Positions 29,801 through 39,724 of a stretch of 64,000 nt of DNA are shown one piece after another. This DNA comes from Parachlamydiales bacterium (GTDB lineage: Bacteria > Chlamydiota > Chlamydiia > Chlamydiales > JAJFMK01): the NCBI GenBank assembly GCA_963765145.1, contig CAVXVG010000021.1:96001-160000 (forward strand), written 5' to 3'. Position numbers and translations under genes: made by a program. Position 1 is the stretch's first letter, and every line of letters starts with the position of its first letter. The notes beneath the pieces were generated by a model that saw only the letters and a program-made list of their open reading frames with translations, did not search any database and had not been told where the DNA came from.

Positions 29801-30391
29801 ACTGCCCTGTCAAAAATATTCTAAAGCCTTGTACAAGCAATTTCATTGAAAGTAAGACAAGTACCATTCCCATCAACTGCTCGAGCGCAAGAATGCCTCG
29901 GCTTCCTAAAATCTTCTTTAAATAGATGGAAAGAAACATCACCGGTATAACGGCACACCAAGCGACTAGAAGAGCAGACGTCACTAGAAGAGGATTTTCA
30001 GTCAGCCCAGAATAGATCATGATCGAAGACATGACACCGCCCCCAGATATCGTGGGCGTGGCTATTGGGACTAAAAAGGGTTCTTGCTTAAGGGCGCTTT
30101 TCTCCTTTGGCCCCTGGTTTGGGAACATCATTCTTATAGCTACAAAGAAAAGCAAAAGGCCCCGGTAATGCTTACTGCATAGGTTTTAACCTGCAAATAA
30201 TTCAAAAGCTCTCTGCCAATGAATTGAAAACCAATGGCTACCATCAAAGCAAAAATGGCCTCTCGTAGTACGATGATCCTCTGCCGCTCTAAAGGAAAAT
30301 CCTTCACAAGAGCGACCACAGTAGGAATATTCCCAATCGGATTAGCGATCAGAAAAAAATTTGATGCCAGCGCAAAAAGACTAAGTTCCAT
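29799..30391 (-). CDS. marC: MarC-family membrane protein, frameshifted in this sequence
   Basis: LIANPIGNIP and PFLVPIATP...LEQLMGMVL. Two ORFs are joined by adding one base near 30155-30165. Confidence 0.8.
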
Positions 30392-30547
30392 GCAGCTAAC
30401 AATCTACCTCTCTTTTCAAAAAAATGACAAAACTTAAATGACAGCCTTCGTCAAATCGACTAGGAAAACGATATAAGGATAAGAACGGTAGAAAAAATGT
30501 GCTAAGCGGTCTTGTTGCATACTTGCTTGTAACGCCTCGTCCCTCCT

Positions 30548-30750
30548 GCAGCCCTTCAGGCTGCCATATAAATTTTCGTCCTAGACCCGGGGCGTTGCCC
30601 ACGGGCTGTTGCAGTTTTGGCCTTTCAGGCCAAGGAAAAAGCCTGTATTGCGCGGATTTTCAGGCTGAAAGCCGGATAGTTGCAACAGCCCGCGGGCATT
30701 GCCTCGGGTTAAATTGGAAAATAAAATTGGCAGCCTGTAAGGCGGCGGGA
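30548..30750. repeat. REPIN/BIME-like long hairpin repeat (copy 2)
   Basis: Same arms as 16892-17090, with the central segment inverted. Confidence 0.8.
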
Positions 30751-30781
30751 ATACAGATGCACTTTGAAGGAGATAGCGGCT

Positions 30782-31477
30782 TTAAGCTTCGCTTGAATAC
30801 CGCACAGTTAAATTATCCTTTTTTTGGGTAATTCCGGTGACGGAAAAATTTTTAATCTCAGCAGCATTTTCTAAATGAGTTCCCCCGCAAGCAACTTTTT
30901 CATATCCATCGACAGTAATGAACCGCGTATCTCCTTCGAAAGAAATGTCAATTGCTTTTCCTGCTTGTATGTCTTGAGACATTTGCTCTGAGAGAAATTG
31001 TTTAAGCTCTTCAAGATTAATATTGCCATTTACCTTGCAAGAAACATAGGAGTCATTTGGAAAGTGGTGCGCTCTGGATATATTGCAGAGCAATTTTTGC
31101 TCTAACACGCTTCCCAGAAGGTGGCCAGCTGAATGGAGAGAAGCATGAAGAGAACGCACAGCCATATTGATTTTAATAACGACATCCATGCCCGGAGAAA
31201 ATGAAGATGTGTCATCAACGTAATGCTTCACTTGAAACTCTGTATGAGTCCCCTCTTTAGTTACGTTTAAAACTTTTACATCGCCGATCGTACCTTCATC
31301 GCTTTTTTGACCGCCTCCTTGAGGGTGGAAGAGTGTTTGAGCAAGCCCTAAGAACCGCCCATATTGATCTTCGCCTACTTTTGTAACTTGGGTTTGGAGT
31401 TCAGATTGTTTCGACATATAGAGATACATTTTGTCGATGTATTGTTTTGGAATAACTGCTAGCGTTCGTAAGCTCAT
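30782..31477 (-). CDS. AlaX-type tRNA editing protein
   Basis: FHPQGGGQ..D.G, HSAGH (HxxxH), CGGTH. ATG 31477 with GAGGT RBS. Confidence 0.88.
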   Translation of the reverse strand: MSLRTLAVIPKQYIDKMYLYMSKQSELQTQVTKVGEDQYGRFLGLAQTLFHPQGGGQKSDEGTIGDVKVLNVTKEGTHTEFQVKHYVDDTSSFSPGMDVVIKINMAVRSLHASLHSAGHLLGSVLEQKLLCNISRAHHFPNDSYVSCKVNGNINLEELKQFLSEQMSQDIQAGKAIDISFEGDTRFITVDGYEKVACGGTHLENAAEIKNFSVTGITQKKDNLTVRYSSEA

Positions 31478-31548
31478 TGTGATTGACCTCAAATAAATTT
31501 TAAAAGGAAAGACTGCATTCCTTCTGGACTGCAGCAGAAAATGCGTTT

Positions 31549-32556
31549 TTAAGTAGATTTAACATAATAACGATTCGAATGTTCAACTGGAATAGTCCTT
31601 GAGAGATCATTGACTCCAAAGAGTCTCATTAGCCAGCGATCAGTTCCATCAAAGCGCGCTTGAAAAGCTTCTCTTGAGTGAGTGACTCTTTGATTTTTGA
31701 AAATCAGAAAGTCTCCGCCTTGCAAGAAGATATTATTTACAAGGCCATTGCCGTATAGTGTTTCCTCAAATTTTGCGAAAGCTGATCGAGCTTCTTCTGT
31801 AAGAGGATTTGTATACTCTTTATCAAAACGACTGTAATAAGTCCCGACTTCATCTTGAACAAGAATGGGCAAAGTATATTTTTCTCTTACAGAGAAAGAA
31901 TCTGGGAGGGTTAGTTCAAAAAGAGATTTTTTTAGAACCTCAATGGTATCACGATCCAGCCTTTTGACTACTTCATCTAAGAAACTAATCTTGGTCGCAA
32001 CTCTAAGATCACATCTCATGCCAAATAATGAGAGATATTCAGGTGCAATAGAAAGAGAGGTTCTTGAAGTTTCAGGGACTAGGGCCAAGTGGCAGTCATC
32101 GACATGCATGCCAAGGGTGTACTTCGACCCTAAAGAACTTTTTTCATTTGTTGCATATGATTTTGGAACTACATCTCTAAATAGTCTGCCATCATTTTCT
32201 CCCTTATAAGTTACAGGAAATATTCCAAGGGCATTGTACAGCGCAATATTCAAAGAAGAAGCGAGCTTGATATCGAAAAGACTGGCATTGCCTGTATAAG
32301 GTGTTGGAGGCAGATGGGAATCAACGGGAAGACCTCGAATAATCAAGGCCGACACTTCTGGTTGATATTTAAAATCTTCAAGATCTTTAAGTATGTTTTC
32401 GTTAACGCATTGGCGAAAAATAGTGCCGTAATGGGCATTGGAATTGAATAGATCGAATTCATTCTCTGTTAGAATTTCTGGCATTCTTTTTTTAAGAAGT
32501 TGCGCTTCCTCGTATGGAAGGTATATCTCTTTTAGCAGCATAAAAAATCTCGACAT
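31549..32556 (-). CDS. Clavaminate-synthase/AsnO-like 2OG-Fe(II) oxygenase
   Basis: IRGLPVD..LPPTP, LGMHVD, NQRVTHSREAF.ARFDGTDRWLMR. Confidence 0.85.
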   Translation of the reverse strand: MSRFFMLLKEIYLPYEEAQLLKKRMPEILTENEFDLFNSNAHYGTIFRQCVNENILKDLEDFKYQPEVSALIIRGLPVDSHLPPTPYTGNASLFDIKLASSLNIALYNALGIFPVTYKGENDGRLFRDVVPKSYATNEKSSLGSKYTLGMHVDDCHLALVPETSRTSLSIAPEYLSLFGMRCDLRVATKISFLDEVVKRLDRDTIEVLKKSLFELTLPDSFSVREKYTLPILVQDEVGTYYSRFDKEYTNPLTEEARSAFAKFEETLYGNGLVNNIFLQGGDFLIFKNQRVTHSREAFQARFDGTDRWLMRLFGVNDLSRTIPVEHSNRYYVKST

Positions 32557-32777
32557 TATTTCTAGATTGACCTTTTTGAAGATACGACAGGAATTAAATT
32601 GATGTAAAGAGCCTTTAAAACATCTGTTTTTCCAGAGCGTCAATCGAAGTTAGCCATCCACTCTATTTCCTGAAACTGCCTTCTTATCATCCTGAAGACT
32701 AAGAATATAGAACATCTATAGACACTTAAATATTGGCATGATAGCTTTCTTGAAAAGTTTTTTAGGACAAGGCGTCA

Positions 32778-34130
32778 TTGCAAATGGACACAGCTTTATT
32801 TATCTCTCTATTGTTTGCCCTGCAAGTTCTGTACTACTTGGTCGGCAAAAAAGCCTCTCCCAAAAGCGATCAAGACGATGACTATTTCCTGGCAGGAAAA
32901 AAAGTCCCTTTCTTCCCCCTGATGATGACTTTTGTGGCAACTCTTGTAGGCGGCGGTGTGATTTTAGGCTCTGCTGAAGAAGCCTATAAATCTGGATGGC
33001 CTATTTTCTTTTACCCCCTGGGTGCTGCGCTAGGACTCATTGTTTTAGGTCTTGGGATTGGGCGAAAACTTGCCGAATTTAAAGTCTCAACCGTGGCTCA
33101 AATTTTTGAGGTTGTCTACAAATCAAAACTGCTCCAAAGATTTGCCTCAACCCTTTCAATTATTTCACTTTTTACAACTTTGATTGCGCAACTTGTTGCC
33201 TCCAACCGTTTTTTAGTCAGCATGGGAGTCACAAGTACCATCCTATTCGTCCTTTTTTGGGCCATTGTGATCCTGTATACTGCAAGAGGCGGCCTCCGTG
33301 CTGTCATTTCAACTGACTTTGTACAGGCAGCTTTTTTCTCATTCATTTTTATTACCTGCGGAGCCATTGTTTGGTGGAGCTATGGAGTGCCGGTAGTAGA
33401 AAATGTCAATTTTTCTGCTGCTAAAATTACCGGCTGGTTTTTGATGCCTCTCATATTTATGATAGTGGGGCAAGATGTTGGTCAAAGGTGCTTTGCAGGA
33501 GGATCTGCAAAAATTGTTTCAAGAGCCACTTTGTGCGCCGGCCTTTCCTTAATTGTTATTTGCATTATCCCTGTCTATTTCGGTGTTTTGGCAAAAGCCT
33601 CCGGAATGGAAATTGGGGAAGGATCCAGCGTTTTGATGACCGCCATTAGCACACTGACAAACCCCTACCTAACAGCCATAGTAGGCTGTGCAGTGCTTGC
33701 AGCCATTGTCTCTACTGTCACCTCATTGATTAATGCGATCAGCTCTAATATTTTCACCGATTTTATAAAGGTAAACAGCATGGGGGTGATCACTACCATA
33801 ACGACTATTATATCCTTTGTCTCGGTAGGCTTTGCCCTTTATTTTAACAGCATTGTGGAAGTCATGTTCTTTGGGTATGAACTTTCGGCCTGTTGCTTAT
33901 GTGTCCCTTTGCTCTTTGCCCTCTTCAAAAAAAATGGAGATTTTTTTGCAGCTCTTTTTTCAGCACTCTTTGGTTTAGCCGGATTTGTTATTTTCAGAGC
34001 TGTCCCCCTGGAATTCCCCAGGGAGATTTTAGCCCTTCTATGTTCTCTTTTAGGTTTTGGCGTAGGAACCCTATTTCAAAAGCAGTTTGCCTCTTTATTT
34101 TCCTCTAAGGAGGAGATCGCAGAGGGTTAG
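32778..34130 (+). CDS. Sodium:solute symporter
   Basis: DDYFLAGK, ATLVGGG..LG, YTARGGLRAV..TD, QRCFA. Confidence 0.92.
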   Translation: MQMDTALFISLLFALQVLYYLVGKKASPKSDQDDDYFLAGKKVPFFPLMMTFVATLVGGGVILGSAEEAYKSGWPIFFYPLGAALGLIVLGLGIGRKLAEFKVSTVAQIFEVVYKSKLLQRFASTLSIISLFTTLIAQLVASNRFLVSMGVTSTILFVLFWAIVILYTARGGLRAVISTDFVQAAFFSFIFITCGAIVWWSYGVPVVENVNFSAAKITGWFLMPLIFMIVGQDVGQRCFAGGSAKIVSRATLCAGLSLIVICIIPVYFGVLAKASGMEIGEGSSVLMTAISTLTNPYLTAIVGCAVLAAIVSTVTSLINAISSNIFTDFIKVNSMGVITTITTIISFVSVGFALYFNSIVEVMFFGYELSACCLCVPLLFALFKKNGDFFAALFSALFGLAGFVIFRAVPLEFPREILALLCSLLGFGVGTLFQKQFASLFSSKEEIAEG

Positions 34131-34193
34131 TGTTGTTCATAAAATCACCTCTGGAATAGAGTTCCCCTAGCAACAAACCAAAGGAAACTGCTT

Positions 34194-35672
34194 ATGAGTT
34201 CACATACAATCCCCCCCCTTGTAGCATCTGGAGCCACAAATGTGGCAACAGGTACGATTGCTCCACTTCATGAAGTTATCGAGAACATCACATTGCTTGC
34301 CCCTGAGCAAATGGGTCATATACAACCGACTACAGATCCCCTCTCATTTTTGCGAGTTCGTACGCTCGACACTGTCAATGAAGCTATTTTGCAAAGTGCT
34401 ATTCAAGTCTATCAAGCAGCCTTCTCCAGAGCCCCTTACTATGAATCTTTTAGCGTAGAGGATGTAAGAGGGGTCTTCGGAGATATTCTCGGAAACGATG
34501 GCGATTTGGTGCTTGGGGTTAAACAAGAAAAGACTATTTCTCTTACGGGAGGTTATCCAACGGAAGATGGAACCTACATGATAGATGAGCTTGCCGTCCA
34601 TCCGGAAGAACAGGGGAACGGCTACGGCAAAAAAACTTTGGAAGCCCTATTTGATGTTATTAAAGAAAGAAACCCTCCAAGGCAAGAGCTTCGAACCGGA
34701 TTACGGAATAATGACAAAGCCTTGCATTTATACACTTCAAAAGGTTTTCAACGGCAACCCGGTGTAGAAGCAGTTGCTAATGCAAGATTAGGAGGAACAA
34801 TTGGTCTTGATGAACGTGTCTACTTATCTAAACCCGCTCTACCTCTTGAAGAGAGAATGAAGAAGTTAAAACAAATGGCCGTTGCTTATCCGTCCGGCAA
34901 TACAACAGCGGTTGTTTTTGACAAACTTTTAGAGCATGATCGAAAATGGTTCAACAACAGTATCATGAATGCCTGGAAAGGCAAAATGCCGCAAGCGCGT
35001 AAGGTAGAGCAATGCTGCTTTGTGACCATGGCTCAAGACCCAGCTGTGACTGCACGAATAGAAATGTTTGGGGGAGAATTTCGCGGAGATGCCCCAAGAT
35101 CTGCTGTATGGGCTATCACTCAAGGAAAAAAATGCGAAGGACTAATTGAAGTTTCTAGTGTTTCAAGGCCTCTGAAGTTTATTGTTGAAAATGGTGAGGT
35201 GGAGCTGGAAATGCCTTTACCTATCGGAGGCAGGCTGATCGAATCGGTAGAAGAAGGTTTGCTTGTTTTTTTCGAAGGCATTACTCATCTAGTTGTTACC
35301 GAGACCCACCCATTACTTGACCCTAAGCAACTTCTTGAAACTCTTATAAAAGAAGATAAATACCATTGCACCTCTTACCCTGCTTTCTGTGTCACTACTT
35401 ATGATAAAGAGACCAAAAAAGCAGATTTTTGTGTTTCGGTCAAAGCTCTCGATTATATCGACTATAAAACTGCTTGTGGAAGTGGTACAAGCGCTATTGG
35501 CATTGCACTTGTGTCTGAAGGGAAGGAATCTTCTAAATTTAATGTGATTCAACCTTCTGGAGAAACGCTCCGCACATCTACAAACTATGATAGTGATAGA
35601 GGAGTTGTTACAGAATCTTTTATCACCGGCCCTGTAAGCAACTTATTCAAAGGAATATTCCAACTAAATTGA
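34194..35672 (+). CDS. GNAT domain fused to a DapF/CntK (histidine racemase)-like domain
   Basis: ELAVHPEEQGNGYGK (GNAT). PSGNTTA, EQCCFV, MFGGEFRGDA, ACGSGTSA (DapF fold). Confidence 0.75.
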   Translation: MSSHTIPPLVASGATNVATGTIAPLHEVIENITLLAPEQMGHIQPTTDPLSFLRVRTLDTVNEAILQSAIQVYQAAFSRAPYYESFSVEDVRGVFGDILGNDGDLVLGVKQEKTISLTGGYPTEDGTYMIDELAVHPEEQGNGYGKKTLEALFDVIKERNPPRQELRTGLRNNDKALHLYTSKGFQRQPGVEAVANARLGGTIGLDERVYLSKPALPLEERMKKLKQMAVAYPSGNTTAVVFDKLLEHDRKWFNNSIMNAWKGKMPQARKVEQCCFVTMAQDPAVTARIEMFGGEFRGDAPRSAVWAITQGKKCEGLIEVSSVSRPLKFIVENGEVELEMPLPIGGRLIESVEEGLLVFFEGITHLVVTETHPLLDPKQLLETLIKEDKYHCTSYPAFCVTTYDKETKKADFCVSVKALDYIDYKTACGSGTSAIGIALVSEGKESSKFNVIQPSGETLRTSTNYDSDRGVVTESFITGPVSNLFKGIFQLN

Positions 35673-35706
35673 TCAAAGAAGAAATTTATCGTCTGTTTAA
35701 AATCAA

Positions 35707-35747
35707 CATGCTTGGGCATCTCAATATAGTCGAGATACCCAAGCATG
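35707..35747. terminator. Hairpin between convergent genes
   Basis: catgcttgggcatctc-aatatagtc-gagatacccaagcatg. Confidence 0.6.
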
Positions 35748-35752
35748 ATAAT

Positions 35753-36037
35753 CTAAAAGCCGAAATTCTCTCGGCATTGTTTAATTGCTTTGTCTAATTG
35801 CCGAACAAGTCGTTCCTTACCCTCACGAAGATCATTTGTATAATCTGAGGTTAAGTCCTTGCAAATAGTGATATTGTATGTTCTCCCTTCGTACACAATA
35901 CACACTTGACCTCTGTTCTCATTAATGACCATTTGCCCAATGGCTTTATACGGACAATTTGGGTAAATACTTAATATCGCTGCATTTAAATACTGTGCAG
36001 TAAGACGATGAGCTGGAGAAGATGAGACTGACACCAC
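35753..36037 (-). CDS. Hypothetical protein
   Basis: 94-aa ORF filling the intergenic space. No motif recognised. Confidence 0.45.
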   Translation of the reverse strand: MVSVSSSPAHRLTAQYLNAAILSIYPNCPYKAIGQMVINENRGQVCIVYEGRTYNITICKDLTSDYTNDLREGKERLVRQLDKAIKQCRENFGF

Positions 36038-36188
36038 AAATAAGATTCCTATAAAAATAAAGTCGATAAATAAACGCGGAATTCGATGGAATTTTCACTC
36101 ACGCTCGCTAAGTAAAAGAAAAAACCACATTTCTATCCAGAAAAATCGAGTAGCTTCTAAGAAATTGCCGTCAAATCTGAAGTTTTTT

Positions 36189-37148
36189 CTAAACGCCTGA
36201 TTGGATCAGGTCGTGCATTTTGATAAGGCCGACGACGCGAGAGTCGTGATCCAAAACTGGAAGGACAGTGATGGGTCTTTTTTGGTCGGTTTCCATGAGG
36301 CGAAGGGCATCCCACGCTAAATCATGCGAGGCAACCGAGCGAGGTTCAGAGGTCATGAGGCTCGAGAGAGGTTGACTGAGCACTTGCCCGCCATGCTTTT
36401 GCAAAGAGCGGCGAAGGTCTCCGTCAGTAAAAATCCCCTGTAATTTTTTCTCTTGGTCAACAACGATGAGGCATCCGCACCGCTTACCGGAAAAGTCAGA
36501 CAGCACCTCTTCTAACTTTTTATCAGGCGAAGCAATGGGAAGTTCTGCCCCTTTTACCATCAAATCAGACACTTTAATGGTAGATCTGCGTCCTATTTGT
36601 CCGCCTGGATGGTTAGAAGCATATTCATTGAGGCTAAATTCTTTGGCACGCATCAGAGCAATAGCCAAAATATCGCCAAAAATCAGCTGAGTGGTAGTCG
36701 AAGTGGTAGGCGCCAAATCAAAGGGGCACAGCTCTTTTTCAAAAGGGAGGACGATGTTGAGGTCACATCCCTTGGCAAGGCGAGATCCCTCTTGCGAGAT
36801 GACAGCGACTAGTTTGGCCCCTTTATTTCGAACAAAAGGGAGCATCTGAAGCAATTCTTCTGTTTCGCCGCTTTTACTTAAGATGACAAAAACATCTTCC
36901 TTCGACACGATGCCAATATCGCCATGGAGCGCATCGGTAGGAGAGAGAGCTAATGCTTTTGTCCCGGTCGAGGTCATGGTCGCTGCAATTTTTTGAGCAA
37001 CTAAGCCACTTTTGCCGACACCCGTAAAGAAAAGAACTCCCTTGCAACCAAGGAAAATTTCGAATATCTGTGTAAGAGAGGCCACATCGATCTGGTCGAA
37101 GAAGGCATCGAGATGGCTTCTGGCTTTCTTTAAAAGTTCGGTCAACAT
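36189..37148 (-). CDS. kdsD: Arabinose-5-phosphate isomerase (KdsD/GutQ/KpsF)
   Basis: TGVGKSG, HGDIG, APTTST, HPGG, tandem CBS domains. Confidence 0.93.
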   Translation of the reverse strand: MLTELLKKARSHLDAFFDQIDVASLTQIFEIFLGCKGVLFFTGVGKSGLVAQKIAATMTSTGTKALALSPTDALHGDIGIVSKEDVFVILSKSGETEELLQMLPFVRNKGAKLVAVISQEGSRLAKGCDLNIVLPFEKELCPFDLAPTTSTTTQLIFGDILAIALMRAKEFSLNEYASNHPGGQIGRRSTIKVSDLMVKGAELPIASPDKKLEEVLSDFSGKRCGCLIVVDQEKKLQGIFTDGDLRRSLQKHGGQVLSQPLSSLMTSEPRSVASHDLAWDALRLMETDQKRPITVLPVLDHDSRVVGLIKMHDLIQSGV

Positions 37149-37180
37149 ATTTTGATAATAGTCTAACGAAAAGAGGTAAT

Positions 37181-38599
37181 GTGCACCATATCGCAGTTGC
37201 AAAAGGGGATGGAATTGGTCCCGAAATCATGGACGCCACCCTCAACATCTTGAAATCTGCCGGCGCAGATTTGCAAATCGAAGAGGTCGAGATCGGAGAA
37301 AAGGTCTACCTCCGCGGAGAAAAGGCTGGAATCGAAAAAAAAAACTTGGGACATCCTACGAAAGTGTAAAGCTTTTTTGAAAGCGCCGATCACTACACCT
37401 CAAGGCGGAGGGTTTAAAAGCCTAAACGTCACAGTGCGAGCAACGATGGGGCTGTTTGCCAACATCCGCCCTTGCATCTCTTATGCCCCCTTCGTTAAGA
37501 CAAACTATCCAAACATGGATCTGGTCATTGTAAGGGGAAAATGAAGAGGACCTTTACACCGGGATCGAATACCGACGGACCGACGACCTCTACCAAGCCC
37601 TTAAATACATCACAACAACCGGAAGCGAGCGGATCGTTCGGTACGCGTTTGCTTATGCCGAAGCGCACAGCCGGAAAAAAGTGACCTGCTTTACCAAAGA
37701 TAACATCCTCAAAATGAGTGATGGAGAATTTCATAAAGTCTTTGAAGCGATCGCTAAAGACTATCCCCACATCCAATCAGAACATTGGATTGTCGATATC
37801 GGAGCTGCAAAATTAGCCGACACCCCGGAAGCTTTTGATGTGGTTGTTTTCTCCGAACCTCTATGGAGACATCCTCTCTGATGTGGCGGCAGAAATTGCA
37901 GGCTCTGTGGGTCTTGCAGGGTCGGCTAACATCGGGCCTCACAGCGCCATGTTCGAAGCCATCCACGGATCTGCCCCTCGAAGAGCCGGACAAGATGTGG
38001 CTAACCCATCCGGTTTGTTGCTTGCTTCTCTGCAGATGCTTGACTATTTAGGAGAAGGAAAGACAGCCAACCTCATTGAAAATGCGTGGCTCAAAACATT
38101 GGAAGATGGTGTTCATACTTATGATATTTTCCGTGAAGGGGTCTCTAAACAAAAAGTAGGGACAAAAGCATTTGCCGAAGCTGTCTGCAAAAGGCTTGGG
38201 CAAAGCCCGACAACGTTGAAAACAAGGCCTCTTCCAAAATCGAAGCTGCAATGGACCCCTCCAAAACCACCCAAGGAGGCAAAAAAAGAGCTAAAGGGTG
38301 TGGACATCGCTGTGGAATGGAAAGGGACTTTGGATGAACTGTTGCCCCAAATTAAACCTCAAGCCCCTTTTGAACTGAAGATGATTGGAAATCGCGGCGT
38401 AAAAATGTGGCCCGATCCTTTACCTGAAAGCACCACAACCGACGAATGGCGAGTACGATATGTTGGCAAAGGGATCACACAAAAGGATTTACTCCCCTTG
38501 ATTGAGCAGGTTTCGAGCAAATTGCGCATCGCCCACATCGACCCCCTCTACAGTTTTGACGGGGTTGCAGGCTATACGCTATCTCAAGATGAGCAGTAA
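37181..38599 (+). pseudogene. icd: NADP-isocitrate dehydrogenase with three +1 frameshifts
   Basis: [46 protein letters not shown] lie in successive frames. Extra bases in A10 (37335-44), G4 (37534-37) and T4 (~37847-50). Confidence 0.85.
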
Positions 38600-38722
38600 A
38601 CCATTGCCTGTACCCGAATTAACCCTTGCCCGTGCCCGAAAGCTTCTTGATGAAAGCCTCGTAAATTATTCCTCAAAAGGGATTCTTTATTAAAAATCGG
38701 GCACGAGCACGGCCCCTTTCAC

Positions 38723-39199
38723 TTAGGCAGCCGTTTGAACTGCTTGCCAGCCATTCTCTGTATCTTTAAAACAAAGCTGATGGTGCTCATCATTTATTTT
38801 CTCTTCTAGGTTGGCTATTCTTCTTAACGTACTCGCGATCCTTCCACTTTGATCATTGACATGCTCTTGATAAAGCAAACGTAGAAGGGATTCAGAAGGT
38901 TTAGGTATTTGAGTTTGTCCATTTTCCCAGCGTCGTATAGCTTGCTCACTTATACCTAAAAGATTAGCTAATGTTCTTTGAGACATAAGCATTTCATGCC
39001 TCAAAAAGCAAACCTCTTCTCCGGAGAAATCCTTTTGCGATTTGACAAGACATAAACCTATTGCCTTGTGTAATCCGTCTACATCATTTATAGATACCGA
39101 TTTTCCTCGTGGCGTCTCAATAAATCTAAACCCATTCACAAGGTAGATATTATCTAAACCGCATTCGGTATAATGATAAGGTGTATTAGTCATGAGCAC
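38723..39199 (-). CDS. XRE-family HTH antitoxin (MqsA-like)
   Basis: YHYTECGLDNIYLVNG and FLRHEMLMSQRTLANLLG.SEQAIRRWE. Confidence 0.8.
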   Translation of the reverse strand: MLMTNTPYHYTECGLDNIYLVNGFRFIETPRGKSVSINDVDGLHKAIGLCLVKSQKDFSGEEVCFLRHEMLMSQRTLANLLGISEQAIRRWENGQTQIPKPSESLLRLLYQEHVNDQSGRIASTLRRIANLEEKINDEHHQLCFKDTENGWQAVQTAA

Positions 39200-39206
39200 C
39201 TCTATT

Positions 39207-39563
39207 TTAAATCACTGTTACAACTTCTAAATATTCTTTAACTACGACTACCACCTGGACAGATCGACCAGCGGTGTAACGCTTCATTTTGATTCTCCAG
39301 TCCCCATATTTGTCTAGAGTTGGACCGTCAATCCCTTTTCCATGCCTTAGTACATCCAAGATTTGCCTGATTGTTACATTTCTTTCTTTCATCCGTACTT
39401 TCACGTGAGGAGTATTAAAAAAAACATTCTCAGAATTTAGAGCCAATGCTTGTACTCTATCAACTAACTCGTCTAAAGACGCAGGAGGATCGTTTGCCTC
39501 AGGAAAAGCAATTAGCTCAACCATCTTAACTTCCACTCTATATAAATCATCCTGACCTGTCAA
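39207..39563 (-). CDS. DUF4258-like toxin
   Basis: TPHVKVRMKERNVT...L..G...VVTVI, upstream of the HTH gene. Confidence 0.7.
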   Translation of the reverse strand: MTGQDDLYRVEVKMVELIAFPEANDPPASLDELVDRVQALALNSENVFFNTPHVKVRMKERNVTIRQILDVLRHGKGIDGPTLDKYGDWRIKMKRYTAGRSVQVVVVVKEYLEVVTVI

Positions 39564-39724
39564 GATGATAGTTCAAGATGTAAGGTTTCCACTAATTACA
39601 AGCGTAAACCTATCAATATAATAGGTCAACATGCCTATCACTATGATAGGACATGTTGATTTTGAAATGCCAAACCTGACGTAGAGTGACCCCAAGCTCC
39701 TGGCGACATTCATTATTTGAAACT

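Noticed and set aside
30396..30831. ORFs 30499..30831(+) and 30396..30602(-)
   Set aside because: They run through the REPIN palindrome and have no protein-like features.
38589..38693. 34-codon ORF overlapping the icd stop (MSSKPLPVPELTLARARKLL...)
   Set aside because: Could be a truncated gene start at the TA insertion, but too short to support.
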